DNA from: Escherichia phage vB_EcoM-Sa45lw
Direction: 5' to 3' (one strand)
Sequence record: MK977694.1
DNA: 64,000 nt
Part shown: piece after piece, positions 23,424-32,671 of the stretch
Layout: the number at the start of each line of letters is the position of its first letter
How positions within the stretch are numbered: position 1 is the stretch's first letter
Made by a program: the position numbers and the translations under genes
Notes under the pieces: generated by a model
What the model was told of the DNA's origin: nothing
The model's database searches: none
What the model saw: only the letters and a program-made list of their open reading frames with translations

Positions 23424-23430
23424 TTTGTGT

Positions 23431-23484
23431 TCCTCATGTTATGTCAGTAAGACTACTATAACACAACACGAGGGACTTGTAAAC
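23431..23484 (-). promoter_or_regulatory. Early promoter plus SD; copy 1 of an exact 54-bp direct repeat
   Basis: Minus strand reads GTTTAC, 18-bp spacer, TGT-TATAGT extended -10, then GAGGA. Identical 54 bp occur at 39225-39278. Confidence 0.6.
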
Positions 23485-25541
23485 TACATTTTGAACTTTT
23501 TAGACATTCCGTTAATGTTAACCAAAGAAGCTAAGATTTGAGAAACTTCGTTTTCCTCTTCTTTTGATTCTTCTACAAGGAATTGATTAAATCCAGCCAT
23601 TGGACGAACTTCACCAGTTTCCATTAGATGGTCGCCATCATATACTGATTCTTCTAATTGTTCAGAAGGAGGAACGATTGTACCTTCGATTAGATACTTG
23701 TTATAAGCAGTTTCTTTCATAAAGTAAGTACTTACTTTATTAATCTTCAGTAAAATTCCACGTGGTAGAATAACTTCAGCTTCTGATGGAAATCCTGATA
23801 AATGACCCGGAACGATAACTTTAACTCGTTCAGCTCCTTTAATTACCATACCCACGCTAGTTTCAGCATCTTCATTAGCATATGTAGAATGACTACCCAT
23901 ATGCATCAAATCTTCTGCATCAACGGAACCTTCTCCTTCACCAGAAAATACTGCTCCGGAATCATCTAAGGCCATATAATTTTTACCATACTCACCAAAG
24001 ATATTTGGTTTAAGTGATGTAGATACGAAGTTCTTGAAATAGAACATTTTATTTTCAATGTTATGACGCAAAGTTTTAAAAGTAACTTCTTGTCCACGGT
24101 AAAGTGTAGTTCCTGGAGGAAGAACTGAACCTTTAGCAAACGCAGAATCCATAGTCTCGATGTGCTTAATAGCGCGCTCCATGTATTCTTCACGTGTAGA
24201 ATCAGGTTTACCTAAAAGGAATGAGTTCATTTCAACATACGAATCTGCACAATAATCTTCAATTACATCAGATTCAGCCTGAGTCAATCCTTTTGGAGTT
24301 ACTTCAGTGCTTGCATATTCATACGCCTGAGCAGCGGATTCATCAATTAATTTATAAATGCCATTCATGACAAATTGAATAATAGCTGTCTTTTCATCTG
24401 GCGTAGCTTTAGAACCTTTAACTAAATCATTGACAATTTTCTTAATAACATCAAAGCTATTAGAAATATTAATGTCAGCAAGATCGCTTAAAATTTTATC
24501 AGTTTTATAATCAAAGAATTCTTTATTCTTTAAATATTCTTGAGAACCTTGATATGTTATATCGCTCTGCAGCTTGATAGATGGATCACGTAAACGTGCA
24601 TGGGCTAATGCAATATGATTTCGGAAGCTTTCTAGTTCATAATCACTAGATTTAAAACGAGAAGCACTCCTCATACCACCGATAGCTCCTTTGCCGAAGT
24701 TTGAACCAATCTGAATAACGCCAGAGTTCATTGGTCCTTCTGCTTTATATACCGGAACTTTAGATTCAAACTCTTGATATTTCTTAGCAGCAAAGCTATC
24801 ACCCTGAAGTGAAGCATCAACAGTAGAATATTGAGCTTGTGCTGCTAATCGACGACTAATTTTAGTTTTCTGAATAACAGCTTGATCCGTACGCTTATCA
24901 TTTTCTAAAGCAATAGAAGCAGCAACTGCGACAGCTTTAGGAACAGCATTACCTGTTTTAACGTCTACATAAACATCACCGACTTTCGATTCAACTTTTG
25001 TGAATAACTCAGTTGAAATAGGAGGTACACCTGGAATGTCTTCTAAATTGGCATTTTTACGGTAAACCATAATATATGCATATTTCTTATCATAGTCCCA
25101 GATTTCCTTTAAAAGAACATATCGACCTGCTCCTTTAGTACGTACTAAACGGTCAGCAATAACTTGCATTTGACGAGCAGCGCCATTTGTTTTACTTTTT
25201 AGTACGCGGAATAGGCATGCATCAATTTTATACTGTTTCATTGTTTGAAGAGCAGTATCAAAAACCGCATTAATGACACCAATTGGATTTCCACCCAAGT
25301 TTTTAAGCTTAACTAACGATAATTTCTCATTAACACCTATCATTACGATATGCATCATTTTGTCGCCTGGCTTAACGTTTTTATTCGTATCACCGCCAGA
25401 GGTGTATGTACAAAATCGAAATCCAGGAAGAACGCTTTCTTCACCGGCTTGAATAGCAAAAATTTGAGGTATTTTATGCTTAGGATTTAAGTTAACAACC
25501 GGCGCCGAAGCGCCGTCAAATAATTCTGTAATAAGTTCCAT
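23484..25541 (-). CDS. Alt-family ADP-ribosyltransferase paralog, intact
   Basis: 685 aa; N-terminus MELITELFD... nearly identical to Alt over about 65 aa; C-terminal domain carries R (LYRGQ), STS (FVSTSL) and EAEVILPRG motifs. Confidence 0.85.
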   Translation of the reverse strand: MELITELFDGASAPVVNLNPKHKIPQIFAIQAGEESVLPGFRFCTYTSGGDTNKNVKPGDKMMHIVMIGVNEKLSLVKLKNLGGNPIGVINAVFDTALQTMKQYKIDACLFRVLKSKTNGAARQMQVIADRLVRTKGAGRYVLLKEIWDYDKKYAYIMVYRKNANLEDIPGVPPISTELFTKVESKVGDVYVDVKTGNAVPKAVAVAASIALENDKRTDQAVIQKTKISRRLAAQAQYSTVDASLQGDSFAAKKYQEFESKVPVYKAEGPMNSGVIQIGSNFGKGAIGGMRSASRFKSSDYELESFRNHIALAHARLRDPSIKLQSDITYQGSQEYLKNKEFFDYKTDKILSDLADINISNSFDVIKKIVNDLVKGSKATPDEKTAIIQFVMNGIYKLIDESAAQAYEYASTEVTPKGLTQAESDVIEDYCADSYVEMNSFLLGKPDSTREEYMERAIKHIETMDSAFAKGSVLPPGTTLYRGQEVTFKTLRHNIENKMFYFKNFVSTSLKPNIFGEYGKNYMALDDSGAVFSGEGEGSVDAEDLMHMGSHSTYANEDAETSVGMVIKGAERVKVIVPGHLSGFPSEAEVILPRGILLKINKVSTYFMKETAYNKYLIEGTIVPPSEQLEESVYDGDHLMETGEVRPMAGFNQFLVEESKEEENEVSQILASLVNINGMSKKFKM

Positions 25542-25544
25542 GAT

Positions 25545-27638
25545 TTATCCTTGAACGAACTTGTAAGGCATGTTTGTAATATCTATGCAAGACGCAATAA
25601 TTCCAAGAGATGATTCTACTTTCTGTTTAATATTTGATGAAACAAATGATGCAAAGTCAACTCTGTCTTCTATTTCAATATCACCTGTCATTGCAACCAA
25701 TTCACCAGTTTCCATTAAATGGTCTCCATCATAGATTACCGATTCGGTGAGCTCTTCCGTGGTCATAACTTCAGCTTGAATGAGTTTTGTATTATTAGAT
25801 GTTGTTCCGTCATTATTAGAAGCATCAGTTATTTTATTAACCTTGACCATCAATCCGCGTGGTAGAATAACTTCAGCTTCTGTTGCTATTCCGAGACTTC
25901 CTGGATATACAACATTAACTTTATGAGCTCCATCAATTGCCCATCCTATTTGAACTTTAACATATTCAGGATTTTCTTTATACGCTCTTATTTCGTTTGG
26001 ATTAATAGTTATTCCTTCTTCATTTTTATCAACTGTTAATTCGTTACGAGCTTCTGGTTCTAAAAGACCAATACCAGCATGTGTGATTCCAAAACGTCCA
26101 AAAATGATAGGAGTTAAAGAAGTAGATACAAAATTTCTGAAGTAGAACACTTTATTTTTAACTAACGCTTCATATATAGGAGCAGTCATACTTTGAGCAC
26201 GATAAACTGTAATGCCTTCTGGTATACGGTCACCATTTTCAAAAGCTGAATCTAAGTTATTTATAGCAGATTCAATTTCTTTTTCACTCATTACATCGTA
26301 TCGTTCTGGATTGTAACGACCTAAAAGAAGATTATTGATGTCAGTATATCCTGAACCGCAATATTCTCTAATGCCACGCTTTTGTGATGGAGTATATTTA
26401 GAACCATCGCGGGCAATAGTAATATCAATCATTGGACCAGCACCAATTCCAGAAAAACTGTAAATCATTCGTTTGAGGAATTTAGTTTTTGCTGCGTTCC
26501 AGGAATTTTTAGTTATTTCTTCCCAGACTTCATCTGGTTGTCCTTTACGATTTTTATTATGATTAGCAAGCCATTTATCTTTATAATCTTCAAAGAATTG
26601 ATTTACAGCTGCTGCGTATTTCTCTAAACATTTTATTGAAGTAGTTGGTTCATTTTTAATTGCATTAAAAATTACTTCTTTAATTTTTTCTGAAACTTCA
26701 CCGACTTGACTCATTGGAAAGAATTTATAATCATAGTGAAGTTCATCTGCCGTTCCTTCAGCAATAATTTTTGCTGCCTTTGTTTTAGAAGCTAATGAAT
26801 TAATTCCAATTTTCATTTCTTCTGCTTCGGGAATTAAAGGTGCAGTAGCTGGTTTATTAAAATTAGCTGCTGTAGATTCATACTTCTGGAATAATTCACT
26901 TTCAAATCTAGAAGATTCCAATGACTGACTTTGTGCAATTGCTCTACGGGAAATTTTAACTTTAACGATTACGGCTTGGTCAGAACGTTTATCATTTTCT
27001 TGTGCAATAGATGCAGCAATTGCCTCATTTTTGGTTACTTGAGCTCCAGTATCTTTATTGATATAAACATCACCGACCTTCGATTCAACTTTAGTAAAAA
27101 GCTCGGTGCTAATTTCTGGAACTCCTGGAATGTCTTCTAGTGATACATTTTTACGATGTATAAGAATATATGCATACTTTTTATCGTAATCCCAGAGTTC
27201 CTTAAGAAGGACGTATCTGCCACCTGAACGACTGCGGATGAGTCTATCAGCAATAAGTTGAATTTGTCGAGCTTGACCGGCGGTTTTAGACTTAAGAATA
27301 CGAAGCATGCAGGCATCAATTTTATATTGACGCATTGTTTGCATTGCAACAGTAAAAACTGAATTGATATAATTAATCGGGCTTGGACCAAGACCTTTTA
27401 ATTTAGCAATTGAACCTTTAGCAGTTAATGTAAAAGGAACAATGTGCATCATTTTATCGCCCATCTTTAAATCACGATTAGTATCACCTCCAGATGTATA
27501 GGTACATAAACGAAAGCCTGGTTGTTCAATTGCATCATCAACATGAACTGAAAAAATTTGTGGTATTTTCTTCTTTGGATTTAAGTTTGTAATCGGAAGA
27601 GTAGTATCTTCGTCAAATAATTCTGTAATAAGTTCCAT
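25545..27638 (-). CDS. alt: Alt, virion-packaged ADP-ribosyltransferase
   Basis: 697 aa; N-terminus MELITELFDEDTTLPITNL matches recalled T4 Alt; R (VYRAQ), STS and EAEVILPRG motifs. Confidence 0.93.
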   Translation of the reverse strand: MELITELFDEDTTLPITNLNPKKKIPQIFSVHVDDAIEQPGFRLCTYTSGGDTNRDLKMGDKMMHIVPFTLTAKGSIAKLKGLGPSPINYINSVFTVAMQTMRQYKIDACMLRILKSKTAGQARQIQLIADRLIRSRSGGRYVLLKELWDYDKKYAYILIHRKNVSLEDIPGVPEISTELFTKVESKVGDVYINKDTGAQVTKNEAIAASIAQENDKRSDQAVIVKVKISRRAIAQSQSLESSRFESELFQKYESTAANFNKPATAPLIPEAEEMKIGINSLASKTKAAKIIAEGTADELHYDYKFFPMSQVGEVSEKIKEVIFNAIKNEPTTSIKCLEKYAAAVNQFFEDYKDKWLANHNKNRKGQPDEVWEEITKNSWNAAKTKFLKRMIYSFSGIGAGPMIDITIARDGSKYTPSQKRGIREYCGSGYTDINNLLLGRYNPERYDVMSEKEIESAINNLDSAFENGDRIPEGITVYRAQSMTAPIYEALVKNKVFYFRNFVSTSLTPIIFGRFGITHAGIGLLEPEARNELTVDKNEEGITINPNEIRAYKENPEYVKVQIGWAIDGAHKVNVVYPGSLGIATEAEVILPRGLMVKVNKITDASNNDGTTSNNTKLIQAEVMTTEELTESVIYDGDHLMETGELVAMTGDIEIEDRVDFASFVSSNIKQKVESSLGIIASCIDITNMPYKFVQG

Positions 27639-27662
27639 GTTATCCTCTCTAGTGTTTATTCT

Positions 27663-27670
27663 ATTTATAA
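27663..27670 (-). promoter_or_regulatory. T4-type late promoter upstream of alt
   Basis: TATAAATA on the minus strand about 25 bp upstream of the alt ATG, followed by SD AGAGAGGA. Confidence 0.55.
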
Positions 27671-27694
27671 AATTAAAGGCCCGAAGGCCTTTAA

Positions 27695-27880
27695 TTAATA
27701 GAGAGCTAAAAGAGTACGATATACTTCAAACTTTGGACCTTTTTCATATGGATCAAATCTTTCCGTGAATTCATCATATGCTAGTTTATCTGGGAATTCA
27801 AGAATAACCTGCGATACCGCAGTGGAAACATCTCCACCTTCTTTTTGAGCCACGACAATTGTTTCTAAGTAAGCTTTCAT
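27695..27880 (-). CDS. Hypothetical small protein between gene 30 and alt
   Basis: 61-aa ORF, ATGA-coupled to the gene 30 stop. Confidence 0.55.
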   Translation of the reverse strand: MKAYLETIVVAQKEGGDVSTAVSQVILEFPDKLAYDEFTERFDPYEKGPKFEVYRTLLALY

Positions 27881-29340
27881 AAACCAGTTACCTCATGAAA
27901 ATCGCCAAATACATCTTCGAACGTATTAGCTTTAGTTTTATCTTCACGTAAACGAATTGCAATTGGAAGAAATAGCTTAACGTAATCAGTACGTCCATCT
28001 AATTTTACCCAGCCGTTGCATTCGCACTCTAGAATTTTTCCAATATAATAATTTTGGTTTTCCATAATGCGAGTACGATCAAGTTCATGCGATTTTATAC
28101 CGGCTTTATCTTTTAAGCCTGAACCAGCATTTACTTTAATTTTTCCACACTCTGATTCAAGAATGAAACCACCTGCTTTAGTAGGGTCTTTACGGTGAGG
28201 ATAAATTCCTACAATTTTTAAATCAACATCAATTACTTCTTTAAATTTATAAAGATTTTTTGAACGAGCATTTTCCCATAATCCATCGATATTTTTGAGA
28301 ATAATACCTTCAAGACCTTGGTCAATATACTTTTTATAAATTACCTTAGCTTCATCTAGGTTATTTACTATCTGGTTTTCAATTAAAATTACTTTATCAT
28401 AGCCTGATGTCATTTGTTCTAGTTTAGAAAAACGTACATCATATTTTAAACGAAATGCTGGAAGACCATATATTTCTACTAATGGAACATAGTCCCAGAC
28501 CTGAAACTTCATGCATTGTGCTTCTTTTTCAGAAATGGTTCCCTTTAAAGATTTATTAGCGATTCCATTAGAAGTAGTACGTGATTCAGCTACTTCGGCG
28601 AATTCTTTAGCTTTACTAATTTCAGGATAAGCATCAAAAAGAAAATCTAGGCCTTCTGGTTCCTTTTCAACTTGCTCATGGTATACCAATTCGCCATCAA
28701 TTAACACACCTTCTGGATGAATCTGGCGAGCTTCTGCAGTCATTTTGATTAACTCTTCCTTGAGAAGATCTAATCCTAGATATTCATTACCAGCTCGTGA
28801 TAAAAGACGAACATCATCTAATTCATCACCTCTGACTTCAGCAAAGCACCGAGCTCCATCAGCTTTTAACTGGGCAAAAGCTGGAAATTTGATATTCTTA
28901 TTAATGCCTTTTTCATCATAAGAACTTGCCAGCATTTGAGGTTGTTCAGGAATTAAACCTGGCCAAACTTTGTTTGCAATAGATACTGATGCACCACATT
29001 CAAGGTCTCGCATCATCACCCGACGCAAAACTTCAACATCATCTTTTTTACCGTCAGCAATATATCCAGTTAATTCCTCAATTGCCGCATTTCCGGTCAA
29101 TTTCCGAGTAGCTAACGTGAATTCAATGAAGTCAAGCATATCGGTAAGAGTCAACATTCCAAAACTCTGGGTAGTAATACCCGGTTTAGGCCATTTCTTG
29201 ATATAATACTGTAACCCACGAGAATAAGTCAGACGATATACTCGTTTAAGCAATTCATTATCTTTATTCTTTTCAAGAATTGCTTGCTTCTGCTTAGTTG
29301 AACCAATAGATGCTATTTCGTTCAGAATTTTAAGAATCAT
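27877..29340 (-). CDS. 30: ATP-dependent DNA ligase gp30
   Basis: 487 aa, T4 DNA ligase length; N-terminus MILKILNEIASIGSTKQKQAILEKNKDNELLKRVYRLTYSRGLQYYIKKWPKPG; adenylation lysine motif KADGAR. Confidence 0.97.
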   Translation of the reverse strand: MILKILNEIASIGSTKQKQAILEKNKDNELLKRVYRLTYSRGLQYYIKKWPKPGITTQSFGMLTLTDMLDFIEFTLATRKLTGNAAIEELTGYIADGKKDDVEVLRRVMMRDLECGASVSIANKVWPGLIPEQPQMLASSYDEKGINKNIKFPAFAQLKADGARCFAEVRGDELDDVRLLSRAGNEYLGLDLLKEELIKMTAEARQIHPEGVLIDGELVYHEQVEKEPEGLDFLFDAYPEISKAKEFAEVAESRTTSNGIANKSLKGTISEKEAQCMKFQVWDYVPLVEIYGLPAFRLKYDVRFSKLEQMTSGYDKVILIENQIVNNLDEAKVIYKKYIDQGLEGIILKNIDGLWENARSKNLYKFKEVIDVDLKIVGIYPHRKDPTKAGGFILESECGKIKVNAGSGLKDKAGIKSHELDRTRIMENQNYYIGKILECECNGWVKLDGRTDYVKLFLPIAIRLREDKTKANTFEDVFGDFHEVTGL

Positions 29341-29606
29341 TGTTCATCCTTTAGAGTTTGGTTTACAGCTCTATTATAAATCAATTCATCATTAAGCTCA
29401 GTCAAAGACCTGTGATACGTGGTTCTAACTTTATTTCCTTGCATCCAGTGCTTGACGTAAATGAAACCTTGCTCTACACATTTTTTAAAAATTCGTTCGT
29501 CTTTTTGAGCTCGGAATTCTGGATTGCATCTAAAAAATTGATTTACGTGACCGTAATCACGTGTAGTATTACCTTCATTTTCATAAATAGTGTGAACAAC
29601 AAACAT
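29337..29606 (-). CDS. Hypothetical protein (T4 30.1 position)
   Basis: 89-aa ORF, overlap-coupled to neighbours. Confidence 0.7.
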   Translation of the reverse strand: MFVVHTIYENEGNTTRDYGHVNQFFRCNPEFRAQKDERIFKKCVEQGFIYVKHWMQGNKVRTTYHRSLTELNDELIYNRAVNQTLKDEQ

Positions 29607-30442
29607 TAGAATGCTCCTTGGAAAATATTATCACCGCTAGTAGGTCTATTATACAAATACTCTATGCCACCAGGTTTAATATAGTTCCATGTCTGAAACG
29701 GATGCGTCTGATATGGATGATATAGATTATAAGGATTAAATCCAGGAGTTCTCCAGGTAGTGTTCCAAGGAAAAGAATCGTTTTTAATCATCTTTTCAAT
29801 TACATCTTTTATAGCTTTTTCACTATCAAAACTTTCTTTATTTTCCTTCGATGGAAAAAGCTTATTCTCTACATCATTCCATGTATAAACTCGCTGTGCA
29901 GTTTTTGGAATACTGTCACGCTCCCCTCGAGCCATCCAATAAACAGGAACATTTAATATTTCACTCGCGTGATCGCAGTGGTGAGCGAGATCGTCAATAT
30001 AACAAATTACGTTATATTTCTCTTTTGCCTTTTTGAACAACTCTTCTTTTGAAGAATCATGACCACACATCAATACTTCTGAGAAGGCACCAGGAAAAAG
30101 AGCATTCAAATTAAATTGACGATTCAGCAGAGCGTCAATAGAATCACCCAATGCTGTAACAGCTACAAAATTATAATCTTCTTTTAATTTGTTAATTACA
30201 CATAGAGCATCTTTATATGGAGACAAATAACGAATAAAATCTGAACGATTATACTTTTCGATTAATTTAACACCAAGTTCTTCATCGCAATTAAAGAGCT
30301 TACCAGGAGAAATAAATTTTTCGTCCTGAATCATTTTTAAAATATGTTCTAATGGAAGATTATATTTTTGGGCAAAATAAGGAAGACCTGATTGCCAGCT
30401 TAAACATACACCATCAATATCAGTCAAAATAGTAGGCTTCAT
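29606..30442 (-). CDS. HAD-superfamily-like hydrolase (T4 30.2 position)
   Basis: 278 aa; N-terminal ILTDIDGV fits HAD motif I (DxDG); later CYIDD fits an acidic motif IV. Confidence 0.65.
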   Translation of the reverse strand: MKPTILTDIDGVCLSWQSGLPYFAQKYNLPLEHILKMIQDEKFISPGKLFNCDEELGVKLIEKYNRSDFIRYLSPYKDALCVINKLKEDYNFVAVTALGDSIDALLNRQFNLNALFPGAFSEVLMCGHDSSKEELFKKAKEKYNVICYIDDLAHHCDHASEILNVPVYWMARGERDSIPKTAQRVYTWNDVENKLFPSKENKESFDSEKAIKDVIEKMIKNDSFPWNTTWRTPGFNPYNLYHPYQTHPFQTWNYIKPGGIEYLYNRPTSGDNIFQGAF

Positions 30443-30903
30443 AGAGAGTCTCTTAATAGGTTTAACACATCAATAAATTCAGCTTCGGTTAGTATTGTAT
30501 CATCTTTTGTTAGACCACTAGCCATGCTGTGCTTCAAAACTTTTCCTTTCGAGGCTTGTAATGCATCACGAAAGCCCTTGTTTTGGATCGCTGCTTCAAA
30601 ATATGCATTTGTGTATAATTCTTTCCACGCCGGGGAGTATCTTGAAAACGGAACTCCAAGCCAGAAGAGGGTCCCACGGTCCTGAGCTCTAGCATAAGAC
30701 CTTCCAGCTTGTTGGGCGGCAAGCCCGGATAACCCAAATATACGACGTTGTTGTTCAACATTTTTCACCTTGCATCCTTGGAGGAATCCTTCAAGACCTC
30801 CAAATTGAATACCATCCATAACGAAAGGCCATTGGGCGAAATTACTTAATGCACATGATGGCCACCTAAAATTGCTTCTAATCTCTAACTCAGACATTTT
30901 CAA
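30439..30903 (-). CDS. NADAR (YbiA/DUF1768-like) domain protein (T4 30.3 position)
   Basis: 154 aa; LSNFAQWPFVMDG resembles the E. coli YbiA core FSNFAAWPIKVDG. Confidence 0.75.
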   Translation of the reverse strand: MKMSELEIRSNFRWPSCALSNFAQWPFVMDGIQFGGLEGFLQGCKVKNVEQQRRIFGLSGLAAQQAGRSYARAQDRGTLFWLGVPFSRYSPAWKELYTNAYFEAAIQNKGFRDALQASKGKVLKHSMASGLTKDDTILTEAEFIDVLNLLRDSL

Positions 30904-31096
30904 TGCTTATAATTTCAACATCAGCCCAATGACCATAGCAAGGAAGACGAAATTCAACTGGCCAGTTAGGGTCCTTTTCTAATATAATAGACTCAACTCG
31001 TGGTTCTTCATGTTCATCAGTATATGGATTTTTATCTGTTACTTTATATGTGACCTTAATGTACTGAATTCCAAAAATCTTATTAATTATATTCAT
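30890..31096 (-). CDS. Hypothetical small protein
   Basis: 68-aa ORF in the tightly packed 30.x block. Confidence 0.6.
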   Translation of the reverse strand: MNIINKIFGIQYIKVTYKVTDKNPYTDEHEEPRVESIILEKDPNWPVEFRLPCYGHWADVEIISIENV

Positions 31097-31290
31097 ACTA
31101 ATTCCTTTAATCCGTAAATAGGAGATAATTCATCACCCATGCGAAGGTCTTCATTTCCATCTACCCAAGAAACAATATAAGCCTCTTTTATTTGAATACC
31201 ACTCCATTTAAATGGAGGTAGAACCTTAGAAATTAATCCAGGTATACCAACTCCCTTTAATTCAACAGTTTGACCTAAAAAGAATTTCAT
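31093..31290 (-). CDS. Hypothetical small protein
   Basis: 65-aa ORF, ATGA-coupled. Confidence 0.6.
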   Translation of the reverse strand: MKFFLGQTVELKGVGIPGLISKVLPPFKWSGIQIKEAYIVSWVDGNEDLRMGDELSPIYGLKELV

Positions 31291-31577
31291 TAGAACCTCA
31301 TCTGAAAGCCGTGTGATTTAACATTACCGCCGCCAATATCAGAAATATTAATTTCACGCGCAATTGAAGGGTCAATGTCAATTTCACGATTAAGTTTAGC
31401 TATAGCTAAAGTATCACGCCCATTTACTGTACGGAATTCTAAAGGACAAACCACATCAACATAATTTTTAATCGATTCACTGGTAGGTTGCAAATGAGCA
31501 GGAAGGTCTTTAGGCGCCTTAGAGAAAACAACTTCACAGAAATTTTTGCGGGTATCAAAATAAGTAGTCATAAACAT
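31290..31577 (-). CDS. Hypothetical protein
   Basis: ORF track extends to 31628 through a GC hairpin; ATG at 31577 with SD GAGGAAAA is the likelier start (95 aa). Confidence 0.6.
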   Translation of the reverse strand: MFMTTYFDTRKNFCEVVFSKAPKDLPAHLQPTSESIKNYVDVVCPLEFRTVNGRDTLAIAKLNREIDIDPSIAREINISDIGGGNVKSHGFQMRF

Positions 31578-31617
31578 AGTATTTTCCTCAGTAAGGGGCC
31601 GAAGCCCCTGTTTTATT

Positions 31618-31983
31618 TTAAATATCAAATTCGTTAAGAACTACATCAAAGATTGCTTCAAGATGCTCAGGTTTAGCTCTGTTACTCAAAATATGACGAA
31701 TCCAAGTTTTAACCAGAAGCTTACGATTAGCGCCATTCCAGCAAGGATGGGTCCCTAAATCGCGTTGACGAAAATCATCATCCAGAGCGATTTTGAAGTT
31801 TGAACCTTCCATTGTGATTGAAACCGTGATGCCATTTTCAAATCGCATATAAACGTAGTTAGGAGTCATATACTGTTCAATTTCGCATACTGATCCATTT
31901 TGATGTTTCCAAAGGCAAATAGTATCAATAGAACCTGCAATACCATTAGAAACATATTTACGTTCAAAGTTGATGTAGTTCAT
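31618..31983 (-). CDS. Hypothetical protein
   Basis: 121-aa ORF in the 30.x block. Confidence 0.65.
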   Translation of the reverse strand: MNYINFERKYVSNGIAGSIDTICLWKHQNGSVCEIEQYMTPNYVYMRFENGITVSITMEGSNFKIALDDDFRQRDLGTHPCWNGANRKLLVKTWIRHILSNRAKPEHLEAIFDVVLNEFDI

Positions 31984-32051
31984 TTTTATTCTCCGAGATG
32001 TTTAATTGCGGTACAGGTATATAATATCATATCCTGTACCAAAGTAAACAA

Positions 32052-32384
32052 TTATTTTACTACTTTCCAGTGCTTCATGTCAAGTTTACCAACTTTTTTC
32101 ATCTTCTCAATCAAACGTTCGGCACGTTGGCGAGCTGTAACATAATACCATTCGCCTAATTCATTTTGTTCAATTTTTCCAACGATTACTGTATTCAATT
32201 CATAAATCCAACCAGTAAAGAAATTATGAACTTGAATTGTAAAGGTGAAATCTGTTCCCATACCTTCTGTTGTTTCTACTTCAATAATATCACCTTCAAT
32301 TGCCATTAAGAACCACATAGTTTCATCATATTTACCATTGAAGCATTTAGTCTTAACTGCAGCGTTCAGATTAATCGTTTTCAT
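32052..32384 (-). CDS. Hypothetical protein
   Basis: 110-aa ORF preceded by an early promoter. Confidence 0.65.
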   Translation of the reverse strand: MKTINLNAAVKTKCFNGKYDETMWFLMAIEGDIIEVETTEGMGTDFTFTIQVHNFFTGWIYELNTVIVGKIEQNELGEWYYVTARQRAERLIEKMKKVGKLDMKHWKVVK

Positions 32385-32411
32385 TTTATTCTCCTTTGTT
32401 TGTGTAAGATA

Positions 32412-32441
32412 ATACTATCACAAAGGAACCATACTGTAAAC
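32412..32441 (-). promoter_or_regulatory. Sigma70-type early promoter for the 110-aa ORF
   Basis: Minus strand GTTTAC, 18-bp spacer ending GTGA, TAGTAT; -10 lies 28 bp upstream of the ATG. Confidence 0.5.
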
Positions 32442-32461
32442 AACTTTATGCAATCTTTGGA

Positions 32462-32490
32462 AAATAAAAAAGGACTCCCGAAGGAGTCCT
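32462..32490 (-). terminator. Intrinsic terminator downstream of the 30.9-like ORF
   Basis: Minus strand GGACTCC-TTCG-GGAGTCC followed by TTTTTT. Confidence 0.55.
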
Positions 32491-32494
32491 TAAC

Positions 32495-32671
32495 TTATGC
32501 TTTCTGCTTACCAAAACGAGAAGCATCATCTCGAAGAACCGCACGTGCTCGGCGCATGATCTTCTCAACAGTTTGATTGATACGAGAGTTCGACCCACGC
32601 TTGTAGCCAGCGCGTTTAGAATCACCAACTTTCTTTTCAACTGCTTTCTTTGCTTTAGCTTGTTTTGCCAT
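32495..32671 (-). CDS. Small lysine/arginine-rich protein (T4 30.9 position)
   Basis: ORF track starts at 32713; ATG at 32671 with SD AGAGAA gives 58 aa beginning MAKQAKAKKAVEKK. Confidence 0.6.
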   Translation of the reverse strand: MAKQAKAKKAVEKKVGDSKRAGYKRGSNSRINQTVEKIMRRARAVLRDDASRFGKQKA

